Positions 30,318-41,299 of a stretch of 64,000 nt of DNA are shown here, piece after piece. The notes below the pieces were generated by a model. The model saw only the letters and a program-made list of their open reading frames with translations, was not told the origin of the DNA and did no database searches. The stretch's first letter is position 1, and the number at the start of each line of letters is the position of its first letter. Made by a program: the position numbers and the translations under genes. Location of the stretch: assembly GCA_014799365.1 (NCBI GenBank), contig JAAVIF010000075.1, positions 6 through 64,005 of the forward strand, in the 5' to 3' direction. Source of the DNA: Oscillospiraceae bacterium (GTDB taxonomy: Bacteria; Bacillota; Clostridia; Oscillospirales; Ruminococcaceae).

Positions 30318-30914
30318 TTTAATGTAATAAGAACACAATTATATTTTTTCACAGATGACATTGTATAAAAACTCTTAGATGTTTTCTGCATAAATCGGTA
30401 ATGATTATTGTGTTATTTGAGCTTTTGTGATATAATAAGTATTAATCCATTCAACAAGATGATTATTTGTATATGGAATTTAATATTGGAATACTAACTC
30501 TTTGTAAAACATCTATGAATATCTCGGTATCAGCTATGATATTGTTATTACCAAAACAGAAAACATATTAGCAGCCCAAAAATGAACATCTTCGTTTTTA
30601 TAAAAAGCGTGAATACCTTGTATGCGTTTGGTTATATTTATATTTATATTTATATTTGAAGCTGACATAATATCACTGCTCGGAGCAATGCCAATATGGA
30701 GTTTTTTGAAATGTGGCACATTTTAATTATGAATAATAAAATTAACCCTTTGTATCAATGAAAATTTATAAATGAAATCACAAAATACTATGTTCTTCCA
30801 GATGAATTCTTAACTGATAAATTTTTATGGTAACTCAGACAAAGAATGGTGGGATGACTATGCTCAAAAACATAGTAAAGCAATACAAATATAAACACAT
30901 GGAGTTGTTACTAT

Positions 30915-31952
30915 ATGCCTTATACAGTTAGATCAAGTGAACGTACAAGAAGTTCCGGTGCTGAACACGAAACAAAAGCACTGCTTTATTTAATGAATCT
31001 TAGAAAAGATAGCAACGAGATTCATTATTTTGTTGTTGATTTTTTTAACGATTTAACTGGTATGGATAGATTTGCCGAAAGTCTATGGGATGTTCAATCA
31101 AAAGGAGCTAAAAACAATTCTCCTGCTGCGATTGGAAAAGAATTGGTAACCCTATTCAAAAACTATTTGAGTGATATTGACTTCAAGGAATATATCCTTT
31201 TCCTTGGTGGAGTTTCTTCTACAGTTAGAAAAGATGAGACCATGGATATAATTGATTTATCAAATATTAAACCTTCTGCACTAGCAAGCCTAAAGAAAGG
31301 GCTTAAAGAAGAAGCTGTTGCAAAAACATATATAAACAACTCCGATGTTATGGATTCAAACATTAATGATTTTTTAAGAAAAGTCACTTTTGTAGTTGAT
31401 AACAACTCTCCAAGCGAATATGTCAGAGCAATTATAAAGGATCATCCTGATATAATTCCTGAAGAAAAAATACTTAATGCAATTTTCAATGAAATACGGA
31501 ACGCACAGTCAGAACTTAAAAATACTGTTGTAGAAGGGGTTTTAATTCAAACAACTGATGAGGTTTTAAGATATTGTCGCCATTTAACTAATAGTGAAAT
31601 ACGTCTATTGACTCTCAACCGCATCATTAATCGTAATCCTGTCGAGAAAAATAGCATCCCACCTTCCTTTATACCAATTTATTCTTTGTGGGTACCAGAA
31701 AAGCAAAGAGAAATGCTTGATGAATGTGTACAAACATTATGCAAAGCTCTTTTTAACAAAAATGCAGCATCTGAATTTTGGAGTCTTTTTGAAAATATAT
31801 ATTCCTTGATAATTGCAAATCCTGTTTATAGTGTTCAAGAAATCTATCAATCTCTCGATACACAAATTAGAAACGCTTCACCTGATTTTGATGCAGTTTC
31901 TTTAAAGTATTTTATTTCTGTCGTAAAGGATGGTATTCAAAATGATCATTAA
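30915..31952 (+). CDS. Lamassu LmuA-like effector (Cap4/DUF4297-type PD-(D/E)xK nuclease)
   Basis: D...DL...WDVQSK nuclease motif; overlaps the downstream SMC-like ATPase gene. Confidence 0.65.
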   Translation: MPYTVRSSERTRSSGAEHETKALLYLMNLRKDSNEIHYFVVDFFNDLTGMDRFAESLWDVQSKGAKNNSPAAIGKELVTLFKNYLSDIDFKEYILFLGGVSSTVRKDETMDIIDLSNIKPSALASLKKGLKEEAVAKTYINNSDVMDSNINDFLRKVTFVVDNNSPSEYVRAIIKDHPDIIPEEKILNAIFNEIRNAQSELKNTVVEGVLIQTTDEVLRYCRHLTNSEIRLLTLNRIINRNPVEKNSIPPSFIPIYSLWVPEKQREMLDECVQTLCKALFNKNAASEFWSLFENIYSLIIANPVYSVQEIYQSLDTQIRNASPDFDAVSLKYFISVVKDGIQNDH

Positions 31953-33549
31953 GAAAACCGCAGTTGGAAATAAAAACGAAGCATTTATAGAAAGCGATTT
32001 CAGCCCTGGAGTAAACATCATCTCTTCTGACGATAACAATAAAGGAAAAACCATAGAAATACAATCTATGATGTATGCCTTAGGAAATGATCCCGCTTTT
32101 CCAACATCTTTTGAATATAAGGATTATTATCATTACATAGAGTTTGAAGTTGACGGAGCAACCTATCGACTGTGTAGATTTAACAATGGATTTGTTCTAA
32201 AACACAATTCGGTGTTGATGATATTTGATAATGTTTCTGAATTAAAGCGTTATTGGAACAAGCATATTTTTGCATTACCTAATATTATAAAGAACCAAAT
32301 ATCCAAAATTGTTGATCCAGTTCTATTTTTGCAATTATTCTTTGTAGGACAAGATAAGAAAGATACCTCAAACATATCACACGCAGGTTTTTATAATAAG
32401 GCTGATTTTTATAATATGCTATACGACATATGTGATTTAAGCGGTTTAGAACTTAATGAAAACGAGATCAAAAAAATTCAAGATCAACTTGCAAAATTAA
32501 AAAGCGAGCGTGAATTATTGATTAAACAACATAAAATACTGAAATCTCAGAAAACCCCTGTTAGCTATTTGAGCACAATCAGCGACAAAACAAGTTTCGA
32601 AAAAAAATTATCCGAAATGGAAAAAATCAATTCTAAGATTGCTGAATTGCGAAAAGCAAGGAATACTGCTGCAACGCGAAAAGCTAGTTGGGAAACCACA
32701 TTAAAAGAACTCCGATCTTTAAATCGAACAATGGAGAAAGGAGAACTTAGGTGCATGGATTGTAATTCTACTAACATATCATTTAGTTCTTCTAAAAAGA
32801 ATAGTTATGTATTTGATGTGTCATCTGTAGATATGAGAAATGAGATTATTGCATCAATAAATGATAAAATAATGACATATACTGAAGAAATCAATAAAAT
32901 AGCAGCTCAAATTAGCGTCGAACAAGATGAGCTGCAAGCACTAATGAGTGATGAAGCTATTTCCTTGGAAGCAATTGTTGCATACAAGCAAGATGTTTTT
33001 AGTGCATCCGATGCAGAAACAAAAATTAAGAAATTAGATTTAGAAACGGAAAACCTAAATAATCAGTTAAAGATTAGCACTGGAACAACACAATCCAAAA
33101 AAGAACAACAGCTTGGATTGTTGACAACTATTTTAAATGAGATGAATACTGTTTATAAAACTATCGATCCAAATGGAAATCTACATTTTGATGATCTCTT
33201 TACTAAAAAGGATGAAGTTTATTCTGGAAGCGAAGCAACAATTTTTCATTTATCTCGTCTTTATGCATTGAGCAAAACACTCAAACACAACTACCCAATT
33301 GTGGCAGATTCTTTTAGAGCGGAGGATCTCTCAACTTCAAAAGAGAATATTGTATTAGATCTTTATAAGGAGCTTCCGAATCAAGTAATTTTCACCACTA
33401 CTTTAAAGTTAGAAGAATTAGGGAAATATGACGTTCGAACAGATATTCACCATATTGATTACAGGGATCACATGCCTAGCAAAATGTTATCCAAAGCATA
33501 TGTTGATGAATTCAGCAAGTTGCTAAGTTCTTTATCGATAAATTTATAA
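31942..33549 (+). CDS. Lamassu LmuB-like SMC/Rad50 ABC ATPase
   Basis: Walker A SDDNNKGKT, coiled coils around a CMDC hook, YSGSE signature, IVADS Walker B. Confidence 0.7.
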   Translation: MIIKKTAVGNKNEAFIESDFSPGVNIISSDDNNKGKTIEIQSMMYALGNDPAFPTSFEYKDYYHYIEFEVDGATYRLCRFNNGFVLKHNSVLMIFDNVSELKRYWNKHIFALPNIIKNQISKIVDPVLFLQLFFVGQDKKDTSNISHAGFYNKADFYNMLYDICDLSGLELNENEIKKIQDQLAKLKSERELLIKQHKILKSQKTPVSYLSTISDKTSFEKKLSEMEKINSKIAELRKARNTAATRKASWETTLKELRSLNRTMEKGELRCMDCNSTNISFSSSKKNSYVFDVSSVDMRNEIIASINDKIMTYTEEINKIAAQISVEQDELQALMSDEAISLEAIVAYKQDVFSASDAETKIKKLDLETENLNNQLKISTGTTQSKKEQQLGLLTTILNEMNTVYKTIDPNGNLHFDDLFTKKDEVYSGSEATIFHLSRLYALSKTLKHNYPIVADSFRAEDLSTSKENIVLDLYKELPNQVIFTTTLKLEELGKYDVRTDIHHIDYRDHMPSKMLSKAYVDEFSKLLSSLSINL

Positions 33550-33922
33550 TGCACAAGCAACATATACTAACTCCCTTGCTTGTTTTGTGTAAATTATAAG
33601 CTTGTTAAGACATAACAAAGTCAAATAATGATGTTGTGACCTGGTGGTGATTTGCCACCCCATCAAACAAGTTATTTCAAAGCAGAAATATTTTAATTAA
33701 ATTTTATAGTAACCGATGTAAATAGTCCTACATTGTACTGTTAATTGGTTGAATATGACATTATTCTATTTTAAGCAAAATCCAATTATTTTTGTCGTTT
33801 ACTATAACTCGATAACGTTTTGTTATTGGGTTTCAACAATCGATTCTGCTAATTATAATCATAATAGCACATTTATCTTACGAGCTGACTTCTCATAACC
33901 TAACCATATAGTCAACACCAAG

Positions 33923-33955
33923 TAGGTACCTCGCAAAATACGAGGTACCCTTTTT
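33923..33955. terminator. Terminator hairpin between convergent genes
   Basis: ggtacctcg-caaaata-cgaggtacc followed by a T run. Confidence 0.6.
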
Positions 33956-33998
33956 CATACCTAAGGTGGCATTTCACCACCGCAGCTCCCTTTACCCC

Positions 33999-34505
33999 TT
34001 ACCCCCTAAACCTCACAACCAACTCCCCACCCCTACAATTCCCAGCAACATACTCAACAAACTTCTCCTTACTCAAATACTGCACATTTCCCACACACGT
34101 TCCATAAATAACCCCTTTCCTAACCAACTCATTGACCCTCTGAACTGAAATACCAACCATCTCTGCCGCTTTCTTAGCAGGCAAGGCATCAGGATATTTC
34201 TTCCACAATTTTGCAAGGAACACCCGAAACTCTTCCCTTTCATCATCTTTTAAAGCATATTTCCAATCCGCATCAGGAGAAGGATCACACCTACCAAACC
34301 GCCCTTTCAACTCAACTAAGAATCCGCTCTCCCTCTCCATTCTTTCCCTAAATTTTTCCGCATCGCACTTTTTAACTTTGTAGCGGTAAGTCTTTTTTCC
34401 CGTATCTATCACAGGAATATACCCATTCTCCAACAAATATTTCATCTTCCTTTTAGAGATATGCAAGAATCTGTACAGCTGATCTCCGCTTAAATATTCG
34501 CTCAT
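33999..34505 (-). CDS. Tandem HTH_17-like (excisionase-type) DNA-binding protein
   Basis: LHISKRKMKYLLENGYIP and AAEMVGISVQRVNELVRKG helix-turn-helix-like segments. Confidence 0.65.
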   Translation of the reverse strand: MSEYLSGDQLYRFLHISKRKMKYLLENGYIPVIDTGKKTYRYKVKKCDAEKFRERMERESGFLVELKGRFGRCDPSPDADWKYALKDDEREEFRVFLAKLWKKYPDALPAKKAAEMVGISVQRVNELVRKGVIYGTCVGNVQYLSKEKFVEYVAGNCRGGELVVRFRG

Positions 34506-34555
34506 AATCTTTCCTCCATATATAAAAAAGCAGCCCGATTTGGACTGCTTTTCAG

Positions 34556-34639
34556 TTATTTCTTTTTGAATAAATCGGTTATCACATCAGCACCGACCTG
34601 CTTTCCTGCCTTGTCAAGGTGAGCATAAATGTTGGCGGT
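34556..34639 (-). pseudogene. Displaced 3' end of the tyrosine integrase (27 codons including the catalytic Tyr)
   Basis: Translates to TANIYAHLDKAGKQVGADVITDLFKKK*, in frame with the 43197-44300 part after excision. Confidence 0.88.
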
Positions 34640-34691
34640 ATTCCTCACCTCAAAAGGACACACAGTTTTAAATCCTTTTCAAACCGCCTAA

Positions 34692-36362
34692 TCAAGCGTT
34701 TTCTTCGTTTTTCTTAACATCAAGCCTGCGCTTGTCGGGCAAAGGCTTATCCAATAATTTGTAATAAATGTGAATATCCCTCGGTCTGTCTGCGGCGTAC
34801 TCGTCAACAGTTATGTACTCTATAAGCTCCAAACACATCTCACGAGTAAGCTCCTGCATGTCGGTATATTTCTTCAAACGCTTAATAAATTCGTCAACGT
34901 CATTCTCGTCCCGCTTTACGGAATTAAGCCTTGCTTCAAGATTTTCAACTTTCTCGGAAAGTTCTCTCTGTTCAGCCTGATACTTTTCCAAAAGATTAAC
35001 ACAAACATCTTCGGGGATTTTTCCAAGCACTTTATCCTCATAAATCGACGGAATAAGCGTTTCCAATTCTGAAAGTCGGAATTTATCTTCTCGTAGTTGT
35101 CGCTGTTCCTCTGCAAGTTGGTGAGAATTTATTCTCTCCTTTTTAGAAAGAAATTGCTGACGAGCAAAATCTTCATTTTCCACAACGAGTGCTGACATTG
35201 AACGAATATCCGTAAGCACGATTGCATTAATATCTTTCATTTTGATATGGTGACTTGTGCAGTAAAATTTCCCAAATCTGCTGTATGCACCGCATTGATA
35301 ATTGTGACGCAAATATTTTCTCGGCTTTTTCTTGCTGCCCGCCGTGGTGTTATTCCAACCCAAACGCATTTTATCTCCGCAGTCAGCACAGTACATAAGT
35401 CCGCTAAGCGGCATAATTTCTCCGTGTTTGTCACGCTTTCCTTGACTTACGGAAGCTTCAACCTCACGGCATTTGTCCCAAATTTCCTGAGATACAATCG
35501 GCTCATGGGTATTATGGATAACAGCCATTTCTTCCTCAGAACGGTTAATTACCTTATGGTTTTTGTAGGAAACCGTTGTTGTTCGTAACTGAACGAGGTG
35601 TCCGAGATAAGTCGGATTATTTACAATCCGCCGTATGGCTTCGGCATACCAAAGATGAATTTTGCTGTTATTCACAGATTTGGGGTGCTTATTTGAAAAA
35701 TAATCGGCAGGTGTCGGAATATTTTCAGCGTTGAGAATATCCGCAATATGACGTGGACTTATTCCCTGCGACCTCATTTCAAAAATACGTCTGACAACAC
35801 TTGCGGCAGGCTCATCAACGACAGGAAGCTTCTTTTCGTCAGTACCCTTGACATATCCGTAAGGTGCAAAAGTTGTACGGTATTTACCAGCCTTTGCGTT
35901 CGCCTCAATGACCGTTCTTATCTTTTTGGACGTTGAGGCGCTGTGCCATTCATTGAATAAATTCACAATAGGCATCATATCCATAGCCGAAGTATCCTTA
36001 TTCGCCGTATCAACGTTATCGTTTAGCGCAATAAAACGAATATTGTAAGTCGGGAAAATATAATCAATATACTGTCCGATTTGAATGTAATTTCGTCCGA
36101 AACGGCTCAAATCTTTTACAATTATCAGGTTTATTTTCCCTGTTTTTGCGTCCTCTAATAAACGGGTGACAGCGGGGCGATTAAAATCTGTTCCAGAAAA
36201 TCCGTCATCGACGTAAATTTCATAGGTATTCCAGCCCTGTTCAGCAACATATTTGCTAAGAATCATTTTTTGATTTTCAATCGAAACAGACTCACCAAGT
36301 CTCTCGTCGTCTTTAGAAAGTCGGACGTAAATTCCAACATTATAATTTGTCTGCTTTGGCAT
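34692..36362 (-). CDS. Large serine recombinase (TnpX/TndX-like)
   Basis: YVRLS catalytic Ser, DDGFSG, KDLSRFGRN, recombinase domain, CADC Zn ribbon, coiled coil; ORF intact. Confidence 0.93.
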   Translation of the reverse strand: MPKQTNYNVGIYVRLSKDDERLGESVSIENQKMILSKYVAEQGWNTYEIYVDDGFSGTDFNRPAVTRLLEDAKTGKINLIIVKDLSRFGRNYIQIGQYIDYIFPTYNIRFIALNDNVDTANKDTSAMDMMPIVNLFNEWHSASTSKKIRTVIEANAKAGKYRTTFAPYGYVKGTDEKKLPVVDEPAASVVRRIFEMRSQGISPRHIADILNAENIPTPADYFSNKHPKSVNNSKIHLWYAEAIRRIVNNPTYLGHLVQLRTTTVSYKNHKVINRSEEEMAVIHNTHEPIVSQEIWDKCREVEASVSQGKRDKHGEIMPLSGLMYCADCGDKMRLGWNNTTAGSKKKPRKYLRHNYQCGAYSRFGKFYCTSHHIKMKDINAIVLTDIRSMSALVVENEDFARQQFLSKKERINSHQLAEEQRQLREDKFRLSELETLIPSIYEDKVLGKIPEDVCVNLLEKYQAEQRELSEKVENLEARLNSVKRDENDVDEFIKRLKKYTDMQELTREMCLELIEYITVDEYAADRPRDIHIYYKLLDKPLPDKRRLDVKKNEENA

Positions 36363-36452
36363 TTTTAACTACTCCTTTCATTTCCAAAGCAGCCATATTC
36401 GATAAATTTATTTTATCATAAATCATCGAATATGGCAATACCTTTTTTAAAA

Positions 36453-36650
36453 TTATGCCGCTTTTTTATTTAATGTTTCAGACATAGCTTTATGAAATGC
36501 AATTTCGGAAATTACTTTGTCAATATCCTTATTACCCACGAAATGGCTATGTACCACATATTTTTTACCGTCAATTTCATACTCGCTCACCCTTACAGGG
36601 CAAGAAGAATATTTTTCGTTAAGCTCAAACATTGTCATTTTGTTTTTCAA
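36453..36650 (-). CDS. Small TnpW-like transposon protein
   Basis: 65 aa with YEIDGKKYVVHSHF, GGAGG RBS, located directly upstream of the recombinase. Confidence 0.6.
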   Translation of the reverse strand: MKNKMTMFELNEKYSSCPVRVSEYEIDGKKYVVHSHFVGNKDIDKVISEIAFHKAMSETLNKKAA

Positions 36651-36771
36651 TACGCAATTCCTCCATTATTTTTTCTTTTGTACGCCGCATTTACTACACA
36701 TCACACCTCCCGCAAAATTACAATACGGCTATTGTTTTCGTTTTACAGCAACCTTACAAAATACCCGAATG

Positions 36772-36830
36772 GCGCACAACAAACTGGCAAGCAGTTTGTT
36801 GTGCGCAAGGGGAAGTTTCCCCTTGACCCC
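36772..36830. other. Tandem hairpins, candidate oriT-like region
   Basis: gcgcacaacaaactg / cagtttgttgtgcgc and caagggga / tccccttg. Confidence 0.4.
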
Positions 36831-37063
36831 TCTAATGCTTTGCATACGCAAATAAAGACTTTACGTATAGCGAATTTTTGTCCCTAACAATAATGTAGGA
36901 ATTACAGAATAATTTTTTCAACGGTATTTTTAAAATATATAAAAAGCCTCACTATTTATTGCATCAATAACATTTTAAATATAAATTTTTCTAATATCTG
37001 TAAATTCCTGAATATTTTGATTTTTATGGGGAATAATACCAAGTAGTTTATGGAGGTATAATA

Positions 37064-37729
37064 ATGAATGTTCCAACTATAAGTCAGTATTTATTATCAA
37101 CATGTTTATTTACTATTGATGATTTTAATTCAGCGTATAAAGAACTTTCAAAGGATGACCTTAAGTTTATTTCAGATAAAAAATATAATGAGCTGGATAT
37201 TACAGTGAAATTAGGATACCCGTTTAGACAAATGGTTAATTATGGCTTTGGCGATAAAAAACGTCAAGGATACAAAACAAACCATGATTTATTTGTAGAA
37301 TCTAAAGATTTTATTATTGAAGTAAAATATTTAAAAAATTGGAATTGTAATTCTGGAACACAGTCTGCAAGTAAATCATGGAGTGAATACCAAAAAGATT
37401 TCGATTGGTTGATAAGAGAAATCGAAAACGGACACAAACATAAACGGGCATTTGTTATAGGGTGGTTTAATTGTGTTGATTCAATTTCACAGTATTTGCA
37501 ATTAGGAACAGGATCTGGGAGCAAGCCATTGATTAACGAGGAGCGATTTTCTTATTTTCCATTTCTACGCAAAACTAAATCACCAACATACACTTCTGAT
37601 ATCGAATATAATTATGAAAGAGCATATATGGAATTATCGCTGGATTTAATTGGTGAAAAAAATCCAAATTGCAATTGTCTTTTTTTAGGCAATGAAGAAG
37701 ATGTATTTCATTTTGCAATTTTTTATTGA
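37064..37729 (+). CDS. Putative PD-(D/E)xK restriction-endonuclease-like protein
   Basis: HDLFVESKDFIIEVKY (D...ExK); GGAGG RBS. Confidence 0.55.
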   Translation: MNVPTISQYLLSTCLFTIDDFNSAYKELSKDDLKFISDKKYNELDITVKLGYPFRQMVNYGFGDKKRQGYKTNHDLFVESKDFIIEVKYLKNWNCNSGTQSASKSWSEYQKDFDWLIREIENGHKHKRAFVIGWFNCVDSISQYLQLGTGSGSKPLINEERFSYFPFLRKTKSPTYTSDIEYNYERAYMELSLDLIGEKNPNCNCLFLGNEEDVFHFAIFY

Positions 37730-37812
37730 TTTATATTATATAAAATTTTTAGGGCTATTAAGTCATTTAAATTCGACAAAATAGCCCTGTTTTATTTATG
37801 AATTATTAATGT

Positions 37813-38238
37813 TTACCTTGTATTTTTCAACTTTTTCCTCACAACATCAATTCTTTTATAAATTGAAGTTTTGGAAAGATGTAAGATTTCCGAAATATCC
37901 TTTACCGAGTATCCACGCACTCGCATAAGAATAATCTGCAATGTCTTTTCACTTGCTTTTTTTAGAATTTTGTACATTGCAGGATTTTCAACCTCGTCCA
38001 AAAGCTGCTCAACTGTTGTGACCTCCCGCTGACTTTTGTCCTCGATAATTTCCTCGTAGAAATCGCCAACGTCGTATAGCCGTTTGTAAAACCTGTCGTC
38101 TGAATTGTAAGCAATTCTGTCAAAGTCGTGAAGTTCAGCAATAATGTTTTCGTCAACACCTAATGAACGCCACTCTTTTTCTTCTGCTTCCTTTTTTCTG
38201 CGCCATATCCAGTACGATTTTAAACTATTGTATACCAT
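37813..38238 (-). CDS. Sigma-70 region-4-like HTH protein typical of ICE/IME regulation modules
   Basis: GYSVKDISEILHLSKTSIYKRI; start re-called at MVYNS after GGAGG. Confidence 0.7.
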   Translation of the reverse strand: MVYNSLKSYWIWRRKKEAEEKEWRSLGVDENIIAELHDFDRIAYNSDDRFYKRLYDVGDFYEEIIEDKSQREVTTVEQLLDEVENPAMYKILKKASEKTLQIILMRVRGYSVKDISEILHLSKTSIYKRIDVVRKKLKNTR

Positions 38239-38599
38239 TTTTATTCCTCCAAAATATTTTTTAGTCTTGAAAAAATATTTTGGAGAGGCGGTGATCGGCA
38301 ACCAGTAAAAAGAAAAATCGCAAATACAGAATTGCATTTGCGACTTAAATAAATATATTGTTGAAATATGTCGATAGAATTTGCAGACAAGTTCCTTATG
38401 TCAACATTGTTTTTTTTGATAAATTACCAATTATATAAAAATATTTACACAAACAAAAATCCTCCAAACTTCAAAAACGAAGTCGGAGGATTTTACTGCA
38501 TAGGAATTTAACCCGCCAAACTTTCCGTTTTTTTATTTGGCAGGCATTAGATAAAATAAAAACAGAGCCAATGAATTTGTGATTTTGCTTTTCACATTT

Positions 38600-38794
38600 T
38601 CATCGGCTCTGCGTCTTAGCGTCTGGCTCTTTGATGACGGTTATTTTTAAATTGTACGCTTCAATCAAACTTTCCTGCTTGCATTTTGGACAATACAGCG
38701 GATAATTCTTTAAAACCGTATCGTCTCGTATTTTATCACGAGTTTTATTTTTGCATACGGGACACAATATCCACTCGATTTTCATTTTATTCAC
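38600..38794 (-). CDS. Cysteine-rich KTR domain protein
   Basis: CPVCKNKTR...PLYCPKCKQE...EPDA. Confidence 0.85.
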   Translation of the reverse strand: MNKMKIEWILCPVCKNKTRDKIRDDTVLKNYPLYCPKCKQESLIEAYNLKITVIKEPDAKTQSR

Positions 38795-40470
38795 GCTTTC
38801 TGTTTATTAGTTGTACTTTGAATTTTCTCGGTTACAGTACCGTCGGACAGGATATAAACCTTATCGCAAATTTCGATTGTTGATGTGTCGTGGGTTACGA
38901 TAATACAAATATTATCTTCAGCTAATTTTTTTACAGTAGTTTGGAATTTCATAATTGAATCCTCGTCAAGATTTGCCGTAGGCTCGTCAAAAATAAATAT
39001 TTTACTTTTCTTGTATATTGCACGAGCAATGGCAATACGCTGTGCCTGACCGCTTGATACTGTATTTCCGTCCTCACCCAGCATGGTATCAAATCCGTTT
39101 GGCATTGAGTTTATGAAATCCAGTATATTTGCTTTTAAAGCTGCGTCATGTATTTGATTTTGTATTGCATTTTCTTCTGACATTATGATATTCTCAGCAA
39201 CAGTTCCCGAAAACAAATAATCACTCGGTGGAACATAAGCAACCTGTGTTATAATATCACTTCCAGAAAGAGTTCCCAAATCATGCTCCAATGTTACCAA
39301 ACCGTTTGACGGTTCATATAAGCCCATTAACAATTTTAGCAACGTACTTTTTCCGCTGCCGCTTTTTCCGATAATGCCTGTTATCGCACTTTTTGAAAAT
39401 GATAGGTCAATATTATTCAAAATATTTTCCTCCTGCGTATACGCAAAACTTAAATTTTCTTCACAAAGCTTTTTGGCATTTACAGATGAAATTGCATTGT
39501 TTACTTGTTCCGACGGCAGTTCATATATCTCGCCTATTCTTTCCGAAGAAGCGGCGGCTTGTCCGATTTGTGTAACAGCAGCAGGAAACTTTGTAAGCGG
39601 CGTTATTATGTAATTCAAAAGCTGAACTATCATTATCAGACTTCCTACAGTAGTTTCACCGTTCAAAACAAAATACGAACCAAGTCCAAGCGTGACCAAT
39701 GACATAACGTTTCCCGAAAGCGTTCCGACAAACATTGCAATGCCTTCCCACGCTCCTAAAATCATGCCGATTTTTAATTTGTTTTTGTACGCCGATTTCA
39801 TTTTTTCAGTAATTTTTGTCTGCATTGAATATGTTTTTATCAGCACGATTTTATTAAGATTTTCCTGCATTATACTTCGATTGATTTCATCATAATTCTT
39901 ATCAACATCGCTGACTTTTTGAATTTGTGGCGTTAATGCACCCATAAATGACATCATTAACGGTGTAAGAATTATAAGAATAACAGCAATTTTCCAATTA
40001 TGAAAAAACAATGCAGTAACGGCAAACAATGCAGAAGCCAAACCGCCGATTATATTCTCTGCAATGGTTATGTAACACGAGCTTATCGCCTGAATATCCG
40101 CTGTCAGCCTTGTCAAAAGTTCACCGCTGTGCTGTTTTGAAATATCAATCATGCGCCTTGACAAGATAATGTTCATAAGCTCCGTTCGCAAATTATTTTC
40201 GTTTGTACCATAAATATTTTTTGCCAGAACAGAATTTATCATCATTACTGCGCCGCCTGCGATTATTGCCGCTATACTGTATAAAGCTATATCAAGCAAA
40301 GACCTGTTACTGCTTCCGACCGCAACATCAATAAAAAGCTTCATAAAATATGCGAACAATAATTGTATTATTGGAATACACAATGCAAGGAGTGCATAAA
40401 TAATCATTTGCAATCGACACTTTTTAGTTTTTTGTAAAATCCATTTCAGTCCGTATTTTTTGTTTTCCAT
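38791..40470 (-). CDS. ABC exporter, fused permease and ATPase
   Basis: TM domain plus GKSGSGKS, VSSGQAQR and DEPT. Confidence 0.9.
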   Translation of the reverse strand: MENKKYGLKWILQKTKKCRLQMIIYALLALCIPIIQLLFAYFMKLFIDVAVGSSNRSLLDIALYSIAAIIAGGAVMMINSVLAKNIYGTNENNLRTELMNIILSRRMIDISKQHSGELLTRLTADIQAISSCYITIAENIIGGLASALFAVTALFFHNWKIAVILIILTPLMMSFMGALTPQIQKVSDVDKNYDEINRSIMQENLNKIVLIKTYSMQTKITEKMKSAYKNKLKIGMILGAWEGIAMFVGTLSGNVMSLVTLGLGSYFVLNGETTVGSLIMIVQLLNYIITPLTKFPAAVTQIGQAAASSERIGEIYELPSEQVNNAISSVNAKKLCEENLSFAYTQEENILNNIDLSFSKSAITGIIGKSGSGKSTLLKLLMGLYEPSNGLVTLEHDLGTLSGSDIITQVAYVPPSDYLFSGTVAENIIMSEENAIQNQIHDAALKANILDFINSMPNGFDTMLGEDGNTVSSGQAQRIAIARAIYKKSKIFIFDEPTANLDEDSIMKFQTTVKKLAEDNICIIVTHDTSTIEICDKVYILSDGTVTEKIQSTTNKQKA

Positions 40471-40490
40471 TAAAAGCCCTCCTATCAAAA

Positions 40491-41132
40491 TTATTTTGGT
40501 AAAATGTCATTTATAAACTTCTCTGCACTACTTTTCAATTCATCATCTTCCAAAAGCGGCAGTCCCGCTTTCGCAAGCATATCAATTATGAAATGGAATT
40601 TGTGGCTAATTTCTTCGGAAGTCGCAGGAAAAATCGACGGTATAAGCCAAAAATTTATTAGAGGCAGCAATTCGGAAAGTTCTTTTTCGTATTCTGTATT
40701 GATTGAGCCATCTCGTTTGCCTTCCTCTAATAATTCAAACCATAAAGGTGTCAGAAACTTTCTATTAGCTTCAAGTGCGGTAGTTAAAATATGTGGGTCT
40801 TTCAATATTGGAATAGCCTGCATATTAATTTTATTACGCTCGGTGTCAGACTGATTGATTTTTAGCAACTCCCTGATTTTTTGTAAACCATTCAGATCTG
40901 TGCGTTTACGGACTTCATCAAATGGGTTGTTCTCAAAAAACATTCGGTCGCCTAAAGCCTGCATAATTTCTTCTTTGGACTTAAAGTGATGATAAATAGC
41001 CCCCTTGGAAAGACCGCACTTTTCCATAATGTCCTGCATGGTAGCAACGTCAAATCCCTTTTGGGCAAACACTTCTCCCGCTGCGTTCAGGATTTTTTCC
41101 TTTGACAGCGTTGATTTTTCTTCTTGCTTCAT
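40491..41132 (-). CDS. TetR-family regulator
   Basis: GLSKGAIYHHFKSKEEI HTH. Confidence 0.92.
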   Translation of the reverse strand: MKQEEKSTLSKEKILNAAGEVFAQKGFDVATMQDIMEKCGLSKGAIYHHFKSKEEIMQALGDRMFFENNPFDEVRKRTDLNGLQKIRELLKINQSDTERNKINMQAIPILKDPHILTTALEANRKFLTPLWFELLEEGKRDGSINTEYEKELSELLPLINFWLIPSIFPATSEEISHKFHFIIDMLAKAGLPLLEDDELKSSAEKFINDILPK

Positions 41133-41150
41133 GTGCTTTTCCTCCTTTCA

Positions 41151-41214
41151 AGTATAATAAAACAAACCGACTAATGGTTTGTTTTATTATACTACATATT
41201 TTTAGGTTTGTCAA
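41151..41214 (-). promoter_or_regulatory. tetR-ABC promoter overlapped by an 18-bp perfect inverted-repeat operator
   Basis: TTGACA-17 bp-TATAAT; agtataataaaacaaacc-7 nt-ggtttgttttattatact covers the -10 box. Confidence 0.8.
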
Positions 41215-41299
41215 GAGATTATACCAATATTTTCATTTAAAGATTATTATTTTCTTGACTTTTAGGAAATAAAAATGTATAATAAAAGAAATAGAAATT

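Noticed and set aside
30470-30894. Possible lmuC or other small gene between the helicase and the Lamassu-like pair
   Set aside because: Only short broken frames are present; it may be a relic, but no product can be supported.
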